A DNA stretch of 32,000 nucleotides from NCBI GenBank assembly GCA_963662715.1, contig OY759724.1, positions 3,030,001 through 3,062,000 on the forward strand. Direction: 5' to 3'. Below the pieces are notes generated by a model that was given only the letters and a program-made list of their open reading frames with translations, searched no databases and was not told the DNA's origin. Origin of the DNA: Candidatus Omnitrophota bacterium (GTDB lineage: Bacteria > Omnitrophota > Gorgyraeia > Zapsychrales > JANLHA01). How positions within the stretch are numbered: position 1 is the stretch's first letter; every line of letters starts with the position of its first letter. Shown in pieces: positions 15,195 through 24,067 of the stretch. Position numbers and translations under genes: made by a program.

Positions 15195-15908
15195 ATGAGA
15201 GAAGCGGGAAAAATTGCATCTAAAATTTTATCTGAACTGAGTGGCGTAATAAAGGAAGGAATTACGGGTATCTACCTTAATAATTTTGCTGAAAATTTTA
15301 TTAAGCAGTATTATCCGGATTTTAATCTATCATCAAAAGGGTACCAAGGATTCCCTGCATCTTTATGTGTTTCTGTCAATGAAGAAATAATTCATGGTAT
15401 TCCTTCAAAAAGGATTATTAAAAACGGAGATTTGGTAAAGGTGGATATTGTGGTAGATCATCAAGGCTGGTTTGCAGACACAGCTATGACATATATGGTG
15501 GGAAATGTAAGCCCGCAATCGAAAAAGCTGGTAAAGACCACCCAAAACGCTTTATTTGAAGCCGTAAATGCGGCAAAGGTCGGCAATACTATAGGAGATT
15601 TAGGATATCTTATTCATGACTGTGCTGCAAGGGAAGGTTTTTCGATCATAAAAGAGTTTGGAGGGCATGGTATAGGCAGAGAAATGCATATGGAGCCGTC
15701 TATTCCAAATTTTGGGAGAAGGGGAGAAGGTTTAAAATTAGAAGAAGGAATGACTCTTGCGATAGAGGCCATGGTTTTTGCGGGAAAATCAGATATTAAA
15801 ATTGCTGATGACGGCTGGACTGTTAAGTCAAAAGATAATTCTATGACAGCGCATTTTGAGCATACTGTTTTAATTACAAAAAATAATCCGGTGATTATTA
15901 CAAAGTGA
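15195..15908 (+). CDS. map: Methionine aminopeptidase type I (N-terminus apparently displaced by a frameshift; see findings)
   Basis: MREAGKIASKIL..., the metal ligands in VDIVVDHQGWFADTAMTY, GHGIGREMHMEP, LAIEAM and HFEHTV are all present. About 13 expected N-terminal residues are encoded in another frame from ATG 15158. Confidence 0.9.
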   Translation: MREAGKIASKILSELSGVIKEGITGIYLNNFAENFIKQYYPDFNLSSKGYQGFPASLCVSVNEEIIHGIPSKRIIKNGDLVKVDIVVDHQGWFADTAMTYMVGNVSPQSKKLVKTTQNALFEAVNAAKVGNTIGDLGYLIHDCAAREGFSIIKEFGGHGIGREMHMEPSIPNFGRRGEGLKLEEGMTLAIEAMVFAGKSDIKIADDGWTVKSKDNSMTAHFEHTVLITKNNPVIITK

Positions 15909-15947
15909 TGAATTTGGCAGAAATATTAAAAAAGATGGATTTCAAAT

Positions 15948-16493
15948 ATGAATAGAGATGAAGGCCTAAATTTAATTAAATCAAAATTAAAAAATAAAAA
16001 TCTTATAAAACATAGTTTGGCCGTTGAAGCCTGCATGATGAGATTGGCTAAAAAATTCGGGCAAAATGAAGAAATGTGGGGGATAGCTGGGTTGCTTCAT
16101 GATTTAGATTATGAAGAAACTAAGGACGATTTTGCAAAGCATGGGTACGTTACCGCTGAGATTTTAGAAAAGGAAGGGATGGATAATCGAATAATAGAGG
16201 CCATTAAAGCTCATCCGGGTCACATTGAAAGAAATACTTTAATAGCAAAAGCCTTGTATAGTGTTGATCCTTTAACTGGGTTGATTGTTGCTGCCGGGTT
16301 AATGCATCCGGATAAAAAATTGGAATCTTTAAACACTGAATTTATTTTTAACAGGTTTAAAGAAAAAAGTTTTTCGCGGGGAGCAAATCGGGAGCAAATA
16401 AAATCCTGTCAGGAATTTGGACTGTCGATTGAAGATTTTGTCGGGATATGTTTAAAAGCAATGCAAGAAATTAGCAGTGTTTTAGGCCTGTAG
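15948..16493 (+). CDS. HD-domain metal-dependent phosphohydrolase
   Basis: HSLAVEACMMRLA...GLLHDLDYE is the H...HD signature. The size (181 aa) is typical of stand-alone HD/HDIG proteins. Confidence 0.8.
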   Translation: MNRDEGLNLIKSKLKNKNLIKHSLAVEACMMRLAKKFGQNEEMWGIAGLLHDLDYEETKDDFAKHGYVTAEILEKEGMDNRIIEAIKAHPGHIERNTLIAKALYSVDPLTGLIVAAGLMHPDKKLESLNTEFIFNRFKEKSFSRGANREQIKSCQEFGLSIEDFVGICLKAMQEISSVLGL

Positions 16494-16513
16494 CATAAGG
16501 AAGATTAAAAAAA

Positions 16514-17053
16514 ATGAGACACGTATTTAAATTCTGTCCTTTATGTAAATGTAAGTTATATCAAAAGACCGTTGAAGACAGGATAAGATTAGTCTGTCAA
16601 AAATGCGGGTGGATAGACTACCAAAATCCTCTGCCAGTGGCTGTTTGTGCGGCAATAAACTCTGAAAGGAAAATACTTATTGTCAGGAGAAATCAGCAGC
16701 CAGGGAAAAATAAATGGGCTTTACCCGGAGGCTTTATTGAAGCGAACGAAAAACCGGAAAAAGCTTGCTTAAGGGAGTTAAAGGAAGAAACAGGTCTGGA
16801 AGGAACATTATTGGGATTAGCCGGCGTTTATTTACGCAGAACCAAAATTTATGGATCGTTAATTGTTGTTGGTTATGCTGTCAAAGTTTTAAAAGAAAAT
16901 ATTTTTCTAAACCATGAGCTGAGGGACGCAAGATTTTTTAGCCGAAAGGATTTGCCGCAGATTCCATTTTCAGCTCATAGGAGGATAATAAAAAAGGTTT
17001 ATGAAGAGGGATTTAGAAATGGAAAAATTCAGTCAAATCTCAAAAGAACTTAA
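16514..17053 (+). CDS. NUDIX hydrolase with N-terminal zinc ribbon
   Basis: The Nudix box is GGFIEANEKPEKACLRELKEETGL. The N-terminus has CPLCKC...CQKCG. Confidence 0.88.
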   Translation: MRHVFKFCPLCKCKLYQKTVEDRIRLVCQKCGWIDYQNPLPVAVCAAINSERKILIVRRNQQPGKNKWALPGGFIEANEKPEKACLRELKEETGLEGTLLGLAGVYLRRTKIYGSLIVVGYAVKVLKENIFLNHELRDARFFSRKDLPQIPFSAHRRIIKKVYEEGFRNGKIQSNLKRT

Positions 17054-17645
17054 AACACATGCTCCTTTTACGATTTTTGGAGCAATTACTGGTATTATTC
17101 TTATAGCGTTTTTTCAAAATCTTCCGGAACATATTTCATTTAATATTTTTTATGTGCTCCATCCTTTACATGTCGTTTTAAGTGCTCTTGTAACAGCTTC
17201 AATGTATGAATTCCATAAATGCGGCGGGCATAGTAAAAAATGTAATATTTGGACTCTCCTTGTTATTGGTTATATCGGCTCTGTAGGGATCGCGACGATA
17301 AGTGATTCTATTATTCCTTACATCGGAGAAATTATCCTCGGCATGCCAAACAGAGGTATTCATTTGGGTTTCATTGAAAAATGGTGGTTAGTAAACCCTT
17401 TGGCCATAGCCGGAATAGCCATTGCTTATTTTAGACCTTCAACAAAGTTTCCGCATGCGGGGCATGTTTTATTAAGTACCTGGGCATCATTGTTTCATAT
17501 GATTATGGCCATAGGACAGCCTTTAAATTGGGTAATGTATGTCGGTATTCTATTTTTTCTTTTTTTGGCTGTTTGGATTCCTTGTTGTGTGAGTGATATT
17601 GTATTTCCTCTTCTATTTATAAAAGAAAAACCAAAGGGGAGATAA
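17019..17645 (+). CDS. Polytopic membrane protein with conserved His/Cys (function unknown)
   Basis: It has about 6 hydrophobic helices. His residues lie in or near helices (HPLHVV, HAGHVLL, FHMIM), and there is a CC pair. ATG 17019 is preceded by GAGGGA at 7-nt spacing (the track start is 17001). It overlaps the Nudix gene by about 35 nt. Confidence 0.55.
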   Translation: MEKFSQISKELKTHAPFTIFGAITGIILIAFFQNLPEHISFNIFYVLHPLHVVLSALVTASMYEFHKCGGHSKKCNIWTLLVIGYIGSVGIATISDSIIPYIGEIILGMPNRGIHLGFIEKWWLVNPLAIAGIAIAYFRPSTKFPHAGHVLLSTWASLFHMIMAIGQPLNWVMYVGILFFLFLAVWIPCCVSDIVFPLLFIKEKPKGR

Positions 17646-17647
17646 AA

Positions 17648-17956
17648 ATGCCAATTATGGAGATTAGCATTGTTCCAGTGGGAACTTCGACAGCTTCTGT
17701 TAGCCAATATGTGGCAAATACAGTAAAAGTATTAAAGAAACAAAAAGGCATCCGATATGAGTTGACATCGATGGGGACGATAGTTGAATCAGATTCATTA
17801 GAGGTATTGTTGAATATCGCGAAAAAAATGCATGATAGCATTTTTAAGTCGAATATTAAAAGAGTGGTAACGACTATTAAGATTGATGATAGAAAAGATA
17901 AAAAATTAACAATGAGCGGCAAAATAAATTCTGTGCAGAAAAAGGTTAAAGAATAA
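17648..17956 (+). CDS. MTH1187/YkoF-family (UPF0045, thiamine-binding-like) protein
   Basis: EISIVPVGTSTASVSQYVANTVKVLKK...YELTSMGTIVES...KRVVTTIKIDDRKDK matches the family consensus as I remember it. Confidence 0.8.
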   Translation: MPIMEISIVPVGTSTASVSQYVANTVKVLKKQKGIRYELTSMGTIVESDSLEVLLNIAKKMHDSIFKSNIKRVVTTIKIDDRKDKKLTMSGKINSVQKKVKE

Positions 17957-17962
17957 AAATTC

Positions 17963-19537
17963 ATGGTCAATTTTACTGGAAAAAGATGCCGATTAAGAAT
18001 TGTTGTTCCTGCATACCCTTCTTTGAATATCTATTCTCATATAGCGGATAAGACTACAGCTTTAGGCCCGGTATGTGTTGCCACTATGGTAAATAAATTG
18101 CCCCAATGGGATGTTGAAGTTATTGATGAAAATAATTTCCGCGGATACGGCCCCCGAAATCAACTCGGAGAAGTCGATCACGAATCTTTACAAAAGACCA
18201 GGCCGGCGGACATTGTTGGTCTGTATGGCGGCTTGACCAGCACGATTCCCCGTCTGTATAACATAGCCCGCTTTTATAAAGACAAGGGAGTTGTGACGAT
18301 TGCAGGCGGGCAGCATTTTGTCGATGAGAATATTTTTGAAGCACTGTCAAACGGCATTGACTTTGTGGTTATCGGGGAGGGGGAAGAAACAATAAAAGAG
18401 CTTTTAATCGCTATACAAAATAAGAATGAAATTAATAACATTAAAGGCATCGCTTATCGGAACGGTAAAGATATTGTCAAAACGACTCAGCGAAAACCAT
18501 TGACTGATTTTGATAAATTACCTTTTCCGGATTTTTCTTTAGTGCGATATGCCAAAATCAAAATTTATCCTGTTGAACGGATTCGCGGTTGCGGTATGAA
18601 TTGCGAATTTTGCACTGTAAAAGGAAAACCTCGCTTTGCTTCTCCTGAACGGCTACTCGAACATATTAGTCATCTTGTTGAAACAAGTGATGCAAGGCAT
18701 TTTTTTATCGTTGATGATCTTTTTGGCCAGCAAAGAAATGAAACAATAAGGTTTTGCAATATATTAAAGGATTATCAGGAAAAGATACATCGAAGGCTGG
18801 ATATAAATGTTCAAATAAGATTAGATAAAGCCAAAGACCATGAATTGCTTTCGGCCATGCGCCAGGCAGGTATTAATATGGTGTCCATTGGGTTTGAATC
18901 GCCCATTAAAGAAGAATTAGAAGCAATGAATAAACATGTGACGCCGGAAGATATGATTCAATTTTCAAAGACATTTCATAAGTTTGGATTTTTAGTCCAC
19001 GGCATGTTTATTTTTGGTTATCCATCGCGGGAAGGCGGAAACATTAATATATCGGCTGATGAAAGGGTGAAAATTTTTCGAAGGTTTATCAAAGAGGCAA
19101 AGATTGACACGATACAAATTTTACTTCCGGTACCTTTACCGGGGACGCAATTAAGAGAAAGGCTTAAAAAACAAGAAAGGATTTATCCCCTTCAGGATGT
19201 CGGATGGGAATATTATGATGGTAATTTTCCATTATTTGAACCTGATAATCCAATGAGCGCTGAACAGATGCAGTCTTGTGTCAGAAAGATTATGGGAAAA
19301 TTCTATCAATTTAAATATTTTTTTAAAATAGGTTTAAATATTTTTTCCTTCCCCGGCTTGATTTTCTTTCTGCACAATATTAAGAAGGGCTGGAGGAAAT
19401 GGTATCGTCCTTGGCGTAACGACCTAATACGTTTTGGCGGGTGGATCATTGTGAAAGGATGGAATGCAAAATTTAAAAAAGATCCTTTTTTAAGAAAATT
19501 ACACAGCGCCAAATTGCATTTATTAAAAAGGCCTTAA
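17963..19537 (+). CDS. B12-binding-domain radical SAM protein (class B-like)
   Basis: It has an N-terminal Rossmann-like B12-domain region (VVIGEGEETIKEL) and a radical SAM motif CGMNCEFCTV. The C-terminal 70 aa are hydrophobic and W/K/R-rich. Confidence 0.8.
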   Translation: MVNFTGKRCRLRIVVPAYPSLNIYSHIADKTTALGPVCVATMVNKLPQWDVEVIDENNFRGYGPRNQLGEVDHESLQKTRPADIVGLYGGLTSTIPRLYNIARFYKDKGVVTIAGGQHFVDENIFEALSNGIDFVVIGEGEETIKELLIAIQNKNEINNIKGIAYRNGKDIVKTTQRKPLTDFDKLPFPDFSLVRYAKIKIYPVERIRGCGMNCEFCTVKGKPRFASPERLLEHISHLVETSDARHFFIVDDLFGQQRNETIRFCNILKDYQEKIHRRLDINVQIRLDKAKDHELLSAMRQAGINMVSIGFESPIKEELEAMNKHVTPEDMIQFSKTFHKFGFLVHGMFIFGYPSREGGNINISADERVKIFRRFIKEAKIDTIQILLPVPLPGTQLRERLKKQERIYPLQDVGWEYYDGNFPLFEPDNPMSAEQMQSCVRKIMGKFYQFKYFFKIGLNIFSFPGLIFFLHNIKKGWRKWYRPWRNDLIRFGGWIIVKGWNAKFKKDPFLRKLHSAKLHLLKRP

Positions 19538-19585
19538 AAAGTAAACAAATGAATATTTTTCGAACAATCGAAAGGGGGCATTTGA

Positions 19586-19903
19586 ATGGAAGTTATTTTG
19601 ACTGATGAAAACTTCGAACAAGAAATAATTAAATCGGATTTGCCATGTTTGGTTGATTTTGGCGCCGATTGGTGTGCGCCTTGCCGCATGGTCGCACCAA
19701 TAATGAAATCAATTGCAAAAGAGTATCAAGGAAAACTGAAGGTTGGCACAGTCAATGTGGATCAAGCACCTAAGACTGCTTCTAAATACGGTATTACAAG
19801 TATTCCCGCATTGTTTCTTTTTAAGAATGGCAAAATAGTCAACAAGGCCGTTGGTGCGGCTCCAAAAGAACAGGTGGTTTCTATGTTTAAAGAATACATA
19901 TAA
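19586..19903 (+). CDS. trxA: Thioredoxin
   Basis: It has the WCAPCRM active site, the cis-Pro region SIPALFLFKNG, and a typical length of 105 aa. Confidence 0.93.
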   Translation: MEVILTDENFEQEIIKSDLPCLVDFGADWCAPCRMVAPIMKSIAKEYQGKLKVGTVNVDQAPKTASKYGITSIPALFLFKNGKIVNKAVGAAPKEQVVSMFKEYI

Positions 19904-19931
19904 ATCAGGATTTAAAGAGGAGGTGTAATTT

Positions 19932-20135
19932 ATGCTTTTTTCATATGAATGCCAAAAGTGCGGACATACATTCGACCTTTTAATCGGTATGACCATGGAA
20001 AAACCGAAGATGGAATGTCCCAAGTGTCAGAGCAAAAATATCGTCAAGCTCATTTCGAAACCCAGCATAAAGATAAATAAATCCGATTCGGGAGGCAGTT
20101 GTTCGACAGGGACTTGTCCGACCTGTATCCCTTAG
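19932..20135 (+). CDS. FmdB-family zinc-ribbon protein (second copy in window)
   Basis: YECQKCGHTFD...ECPKCQS is followed by a C-terminal SGGSCSTGTCPTC tail. Confidence 0.8.
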   Translation: MLFSYECQKCGHTFDLLIGMTMEKPKMECPKCQSKNIVKLISKPSIKINKSDSGGSCSTGTCPTCIP

Positions 20136-20158
20136 TTTTATGAAGTGAGGAATATCTA

Positions 20159-20701
20159 GTGATTAACAGTATTGAATTATGCCTGAAACATAACGGAAGG
20201 GTGGACGGAAAAAAGAAGCTTTTATTTAAGCCGGGGCTTAATATTGTTATTGGCCCTAATGGCTCCGGGAAAAGTTCATTGTTAGAAGCTATCTATAACT
20301 GTCCGGATTGTATAAAACATAATAACGATAAAATGAGATATCATTATTTTAATAGTGAAACGATGAATCCGCATAGATCTGAAAAGCATTTTAAAGGAAT
20401 CAGCGGATCGATTATTCGTGTGCGTGCCATGTTTTCATCTCACGGAGAAACAATGAGGGATGTTTTAAGATATATTAATTTTCACCCCGGCGATTGCCTG
20501 CTTCTTGATGAACCCGAATCAGGGCATGATTTAAAATGGATTTTAAAAATTCGCAAAGGGTTGGATGCAATTTGCAAGAAGGGAACACAGGTTATTATTG
20601 CAACACATCACCCGGTGTTTTGGAATGCGGACAATATTATTGAATTAAAAAAAAATTATCTTAAGAAAACATTAAACACATTAAAGAAGAATCTTCCTTG
20701 A
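20159..20701 (+). CDS. Minimal (180 aa) ABC/SMC-like P-loop ATPase
   Basis: It has Walker A GPNGSGKSS, a signature-like FSSHGE, Walker B LLLDEPESG and an H-loop ATHH. It has a GTG start with GAGGAA upstream. Confidence 0.7.
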   Translation: MINSIELCLKHNGRVDGKKKLLFKPGLNIVIGPNGSGKSSLLEAIYNCPDCIKHNNDKMRYHYFNSETMNPHRSEKHFKGISGSIIRVRAMFSSHGETMRDVLRYINFHPGDCLLLDEPESGHDLKWILKIRKGLDAICKKGTQVIIATHHPVFWNADNIIELKKNYLKKTLNTLKKNLP

Positions 20702-20719
20702 TTAAAAGAGTCAAATTTT

Positions 20720-21100
20720 ATGAAAAATAATGGGAACATAAATATTTCTCAAAATAAGGAAAAACAGAAGCATAATCATCGGCATTCAATAAAGGAAAGG
20801 CTTTTTTTGTTTTTTAAATGGTGGCTTGTTTTTACCGGCATTTATTCCGTCTCTTCTGTATGCCCTTTTTGCGGGAAGGTAGGCTGCCCCGTTGGTCTCG
20901 GAAGCGCTGGGGCCCTTGGAGCCTTTTTTGCTTTATTTATGCAAAATTGGAAACACCTGTTGCAAAAAATTCATTTTTTAAAAAAGGAAAAAACAGAGGT
21001 AACGAAAAAATTCGAAAAAGAAAAATTTTTCGCTAAGGGAGGAGGGGGATATGGAAAAGAAGGATTTGATAATAATCGGCGCGGGTCCGGCAGGTCTTAG
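20720..21100 (+). CDS. Small membrane protein with CPFCGKVGCP motif (hypothetical)
   Basis: A basic N-terminus is followed by two hydrophobic segments flanking CxxCxxxxC. The 3' end overlaps the next gene by 50 nt, so the C-terminal tail and exact extent are uncertain. Confidence 0.45.
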   Translation: MKNNGNINISQNKEKQKHNHRHSIKERLFLFFKWWLVFTGIYSVSSVCPFCGKVGCPVGLGSAGALGAFFALFMQNWKHLLQKIHFLKKEKTEVTKKFEKEKFFAKGGGGYGKEGFDNNRRGSGRS

Positions 21101-21977
21101 TGCGGCAATTTGTGCGACGGATTTGGGCATTAAACCGCTAGTATTAGAAGAAAATATGCCCGGTGGTTTAGCCTCTGAGATTCCTGTGTTGGAAAACTAT
21201 CCGGGTTTTAGTGAAGGAATCAGCGGTAAAGATTTAATAGATAAATTGATTGAACAATGCAACAAAGCCTCGATAGAAATACATCAATTTGAAAAAGTTT
21301 TTAATCTGAAATTTGAAGCAGACGTAAAAATTATTGAAACAGATAAAGCTCAATATAGAACCAATATTGTACTTATTGCTTCCGGAAGGCATCTCAGCAT
21401 GCTTGGTGTTCCCGGTGAAAAAGAATTCAAGGGGAGAGGAGTAAGTTATTGCGCAGTATGCGACCGTGCTTTTTTTAAGGATAGGAAAGTGTCCGTTATC
21501 GGAAAAGATGTTCATGCTGTTGAAGTTGCTTTATATTTAGCTGAATTGGCATCATTAGTGAATTTTATAAATTTAGGTAATTGGCATAAGCCAAATGATA
21601 TTTTCCTGAAAAAATTAGAAGGCCGAAATATAAATGTTCTTTCCGGGGTTGAAGTGAAGGAAATCAATGGAGACATTAAAGTAAAAACTGTGGTTTTATC
21701 GGATAAGGAAACAGGAGATATTCGCGAGATAGAAACAGACGGAGTGTTTTTACAGTTAGAAGAGGAGCCTAATAGTCAATTAGCAAAAAATGCCGGTATA
21801 AAGGTAAACGAAAAAGGGTATATCCTTGTTGATGAGAAAGGAAAAACTAATTTGGATGGTGTTTATGCCGCTGGTGACGTGACGGATGGTTCGGTAAAAA
21901 AAGTAATAACATCTGCGGCCCAGGCATTTGTAGCTGTCAATGATATATTCGAGAAAAATCAAGGAAGGTTTCATTAA
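21051..21977 (+). CDS. Thioredoxin-reductase-like flavoprotein lacking NADPH-binding motifs (FFTR/DFTR-like)
   Basis: The FAD fold IIIGAGPAGLSAA, the redox CAVCD and the C-terminal GVYAAGDV are present. However, the NADPH GGGNxA motif reads GKDVHA, and HRRxxxR reads NLGNWHK. Confidence 0.85.
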   Translation: MEKKDLIIIGAGPAGLSAAICATDLGIKPLVLEENMPGGLASEIPVLENYPGFSEGISGKDLIDKLIEQCNKASIEIHQFEKVFNLKFEADVKIIETDKAQYRTNIVLIASGRHLSMLGVPGEKEFKGRGVSYCAVCDRAFFKDRKVSVIGKDVHAVEVALYLAELASLVNFINLGNWHKPNDIFLKKLEGRNINVLSGVEVKEINGDIKVKTVVLSDKETGDIREIETDGVFLQLEEEPNSQLAKNAGIKVNEKGYILVDEKGKTNLDGVYAAGDVTDGSVKKVITSAAQAFVAVNDIFEKNQGRFH

Positions 21978-21979
21978 AT

Positions 21980-23752
21980 ATGCAGGAAAAGCGCATAGGT
22001 GTTTTTATTTGTCATTGCGGTAAGAATATTGCCGGAGGTGTGGATATAAAGGCTCTTGTCGAAAGCTCAAGAAGTCTTAAGGGAGTCGTCTTTGTTACAG
22101 AAAATAAATTTTCCTGTTCTGAAGAAGGTCAGGTTGCTGTTCAGGGTGCCATAAAGCACGAGCGTTTAGACAGAATTATTGTTGCTGCTTGTGATCCTGG
22201 GTTGCATCTACTGACTTTTCAAAGGTGCGGGCAGAAAGCGGGAATAGATTCTGCCTTCGTAGATTTAATTGATATTAGAAAATGGACAATGCACAGTAGC
22301 CCTCATAAGGTTGATCCTCATCAAGCCTTAGAGAATTGCAAAAGACATATCGAACAAGCTGTAAAAAGGATGCGGTTAAAACGCAAAATCCCCAGGGTTA
22401 CTGTAAAAGTAAACTCTTCGGTTTTAGTTATCGGAGGAGGTGTCGCAGGATTAGAGGCCTCTTTAGATTTGGCGGATAAAGGATACAAAGTACATCTTGT
22501 TGAAAGGCTTGCGACCATCGGAGGCAAAATGGCCCTCCTTTATAAGGTCTTTCCTACAAATGATTGTGCGCCTTGTATATTAGCTCCCAAAACGGCGTAC
22601 GCGAATGTGCATCCGAATATAAATTTGTTGACAAATGCGGAAGTTCAAAGCGTGGAAGGGTATATAGGAAATTACACCGTTATCGTTAATCAAAAACCGC
22701 GTTACATTGACGAAAATAAATGTACTGGCTGTGGGTTATGTATAGAGAAGTGTCCCACAAAAATGGTTGATAACGAATTTTCCGCCGGAATTGGGGAACG
22801 CAAAGCCATCTATATTCCTTATGATCAGGCAATACCCAAAAAGGCAGTTATTGACAGTGCAAGTTGTCTGTATTTTAAAAAAGGGGCTTGCCGGTTATGC
22901 GAAAAAACCTGTCCGGCTCAGGCCGTAGATTTTGAACAACAGCCTAAGTCAATCAAGTTAAAAGTAGGCGCGATAATTGTTGCTACGGGTTTTGATGAAT
23001 ATAATCCTGTGTCGAAAACGGAGTATGGTTATGGACGTTACAAAAATGTTATCACCCAGTTTCAGCTAGCAAGATTTTTAGATATAGACGGCCCTACGAA
23101 AGGAAAACTTTTAAGACCTTCAGACGGCAAAGAACCTAAAAATATTGTTATGATTCAATGTGTGGGCTCAAGGGATGAAAATGCGAATAAATATTGTTCT
23201 GCTGTTTGTTGCATGTATGCCTTAAAGCACGCCCAGATAATAAAAGAGATGGTTTTGCCCAATACCGAAATTTATATTTGTTATATTGACATACGCACCG
23301 CAGGAAAAGATTTTGAGGAATATTATAAATATACAAGGGGATTGGGAATTAATTTTATTCGCGGAAGACCGGCTGAGATAGCAGAAAATGCCAAGACACG
23401 AAATCTTATTTTAAAAGTTGAAGATCCTGATATCAATGCCTTGATTAAAGTCGAAGCGGATTTAGTTGTGTTGTCCTGCGCGACTGTGCCTTCCAAAGGG
23501 ACACAAAATCTTGCCGGGATACTAGGGATACATTTGGATGAAAATGGATTTTTTAAAGAAGTCCATCCTAAACTGCGTCCGGTAGAAACGAATGTCCGCG
23601 GCATTTATATTTGCGGTTCTGCACAGGGCCCCAAAGATATTCCGAATTCAATTGTCCAGGCAAAAGCGGTGGCTTCCTGCGCGGATGGCGAACTAAGAAA
23701 AGGAGAATTAGAACTTCCCGAAGCTATTGTAAAAGCAAATAAAGTCCCTTAA
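21980..23752 (+). CDS. hdrA: Heterodisulfide reductase subunit A-like flavo-Fe-S protein
   Basis: It has the N-terminal IGVFICHCGKNIAG, the FAD fold VLVIGGGVAGLEASLDLA, the ferredoxin motifs CTGCGLCIEKCP and CRLCEKTCP, and GIYICGSAQGPKDI near the C-terminus. Confidence 0.88.
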   Translation: MQEKRIGVFICHCGKNIAGGVDIKALVESSRSLKGVVFVTENKFSCSEEGQVAVQGAIKHERLDRIIVAACDPGLHLLTFQRCGQKAGIDSAFVDLIDIRKWTMHSSPHKVDPHQALENCKRHIEQAVKRMRLKRKIPRVTVKVNSSVLVIGGGVAGLEASLDLADKGYKVHLVERLATIGGKMALLYKVFPTNDCAPCILAPKTAYANVHPNINLLTNAEVQSVEGYIGNYTVIVNQKPRYIDENKCTGCGLCIEKCPTKMVDNEFSAGIGERKAIYIPYDQAIPKKAVIDSASCLYFKKGACRLCEKTCPAQAVDFEQQPKSIKLKVGAIIVATGFDEYNPVSKTEYGYGRYKNVITQFQLARFLDIDGPTKGKLLRPSDGKEPKNIVMIQCVGSRDENANKYCSAVCCMYALKHAQIIKEMVLPNTEIYICYIDIRTAGKDFEEYYKYTRGLGINFIRGRPAEIAENAKTRNLILKVEDPDINALIKVEADLVVLSCATVPSKGTQNLAGILGIHLDENGFFKEVHPKLRPVETNVRGIYICGSAQGPKDIPNSIVQAKAVASCADGELRKGELELPEAIVKANKVP

Positions 23753-23786
23753 CTTTAATTATCGGTGATTTGAGAGGAGATCCGAC

Positions 23787-24041
23787 ATGTTAAAACAAGA
23801 ACAAGAAAAAATGGAAACAAAATGCAAGAAAATTATTGCGGAGCAGTTAGGAGTAAAATTCGAAGAATTAAAGCCAGATGCTTCTTTTGCTGATGATCTT
23901 GGTGCTGATTCTTTGGATTTGGTAGAACTTATTATGGCGTTAGAAGAAGAATTTAGTATTGAAATTCCTGATGAAGAAGCTGAAAAAATCAAAACAGTTG
24001 GCCAGGCAATAGAATATGTAAATAAAAGAATAGAGAAATAA
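23787..24041 (+). CDS. acpP: Acyl carrier protein (canonical AcpP-type)
   Basis: [65 protein letters not shown] is near-colinear with E. coli AcpP, including the DSL phosphopantetheine Ser. GAGGAG lies 7 nt upstream of ATG 23787 (alternative start ATG 23811). Confidence 0.93.
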   Translation: MLKQEQEKMETKCKKIIAEQLGVKFEELKPDASFADDLGADSLDLVELIMALEEEFSIEIPDEEAEKIKTVGQAIEYVNKRIEK

Positions 24042-24067
24042 ATATTTTAAAATCAGGAGGGACTGCC

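Noticed and set aside
21980-23752. Selenocysteine (in-frame TGA) in hdrA or the redoxins
   Set aside because: All Hdr-like and Trx-fold ORFs are full length, with Cys at the expected positions and no interrupted frames. I saw nothing suggesting a SECIS-dependent readthrough.
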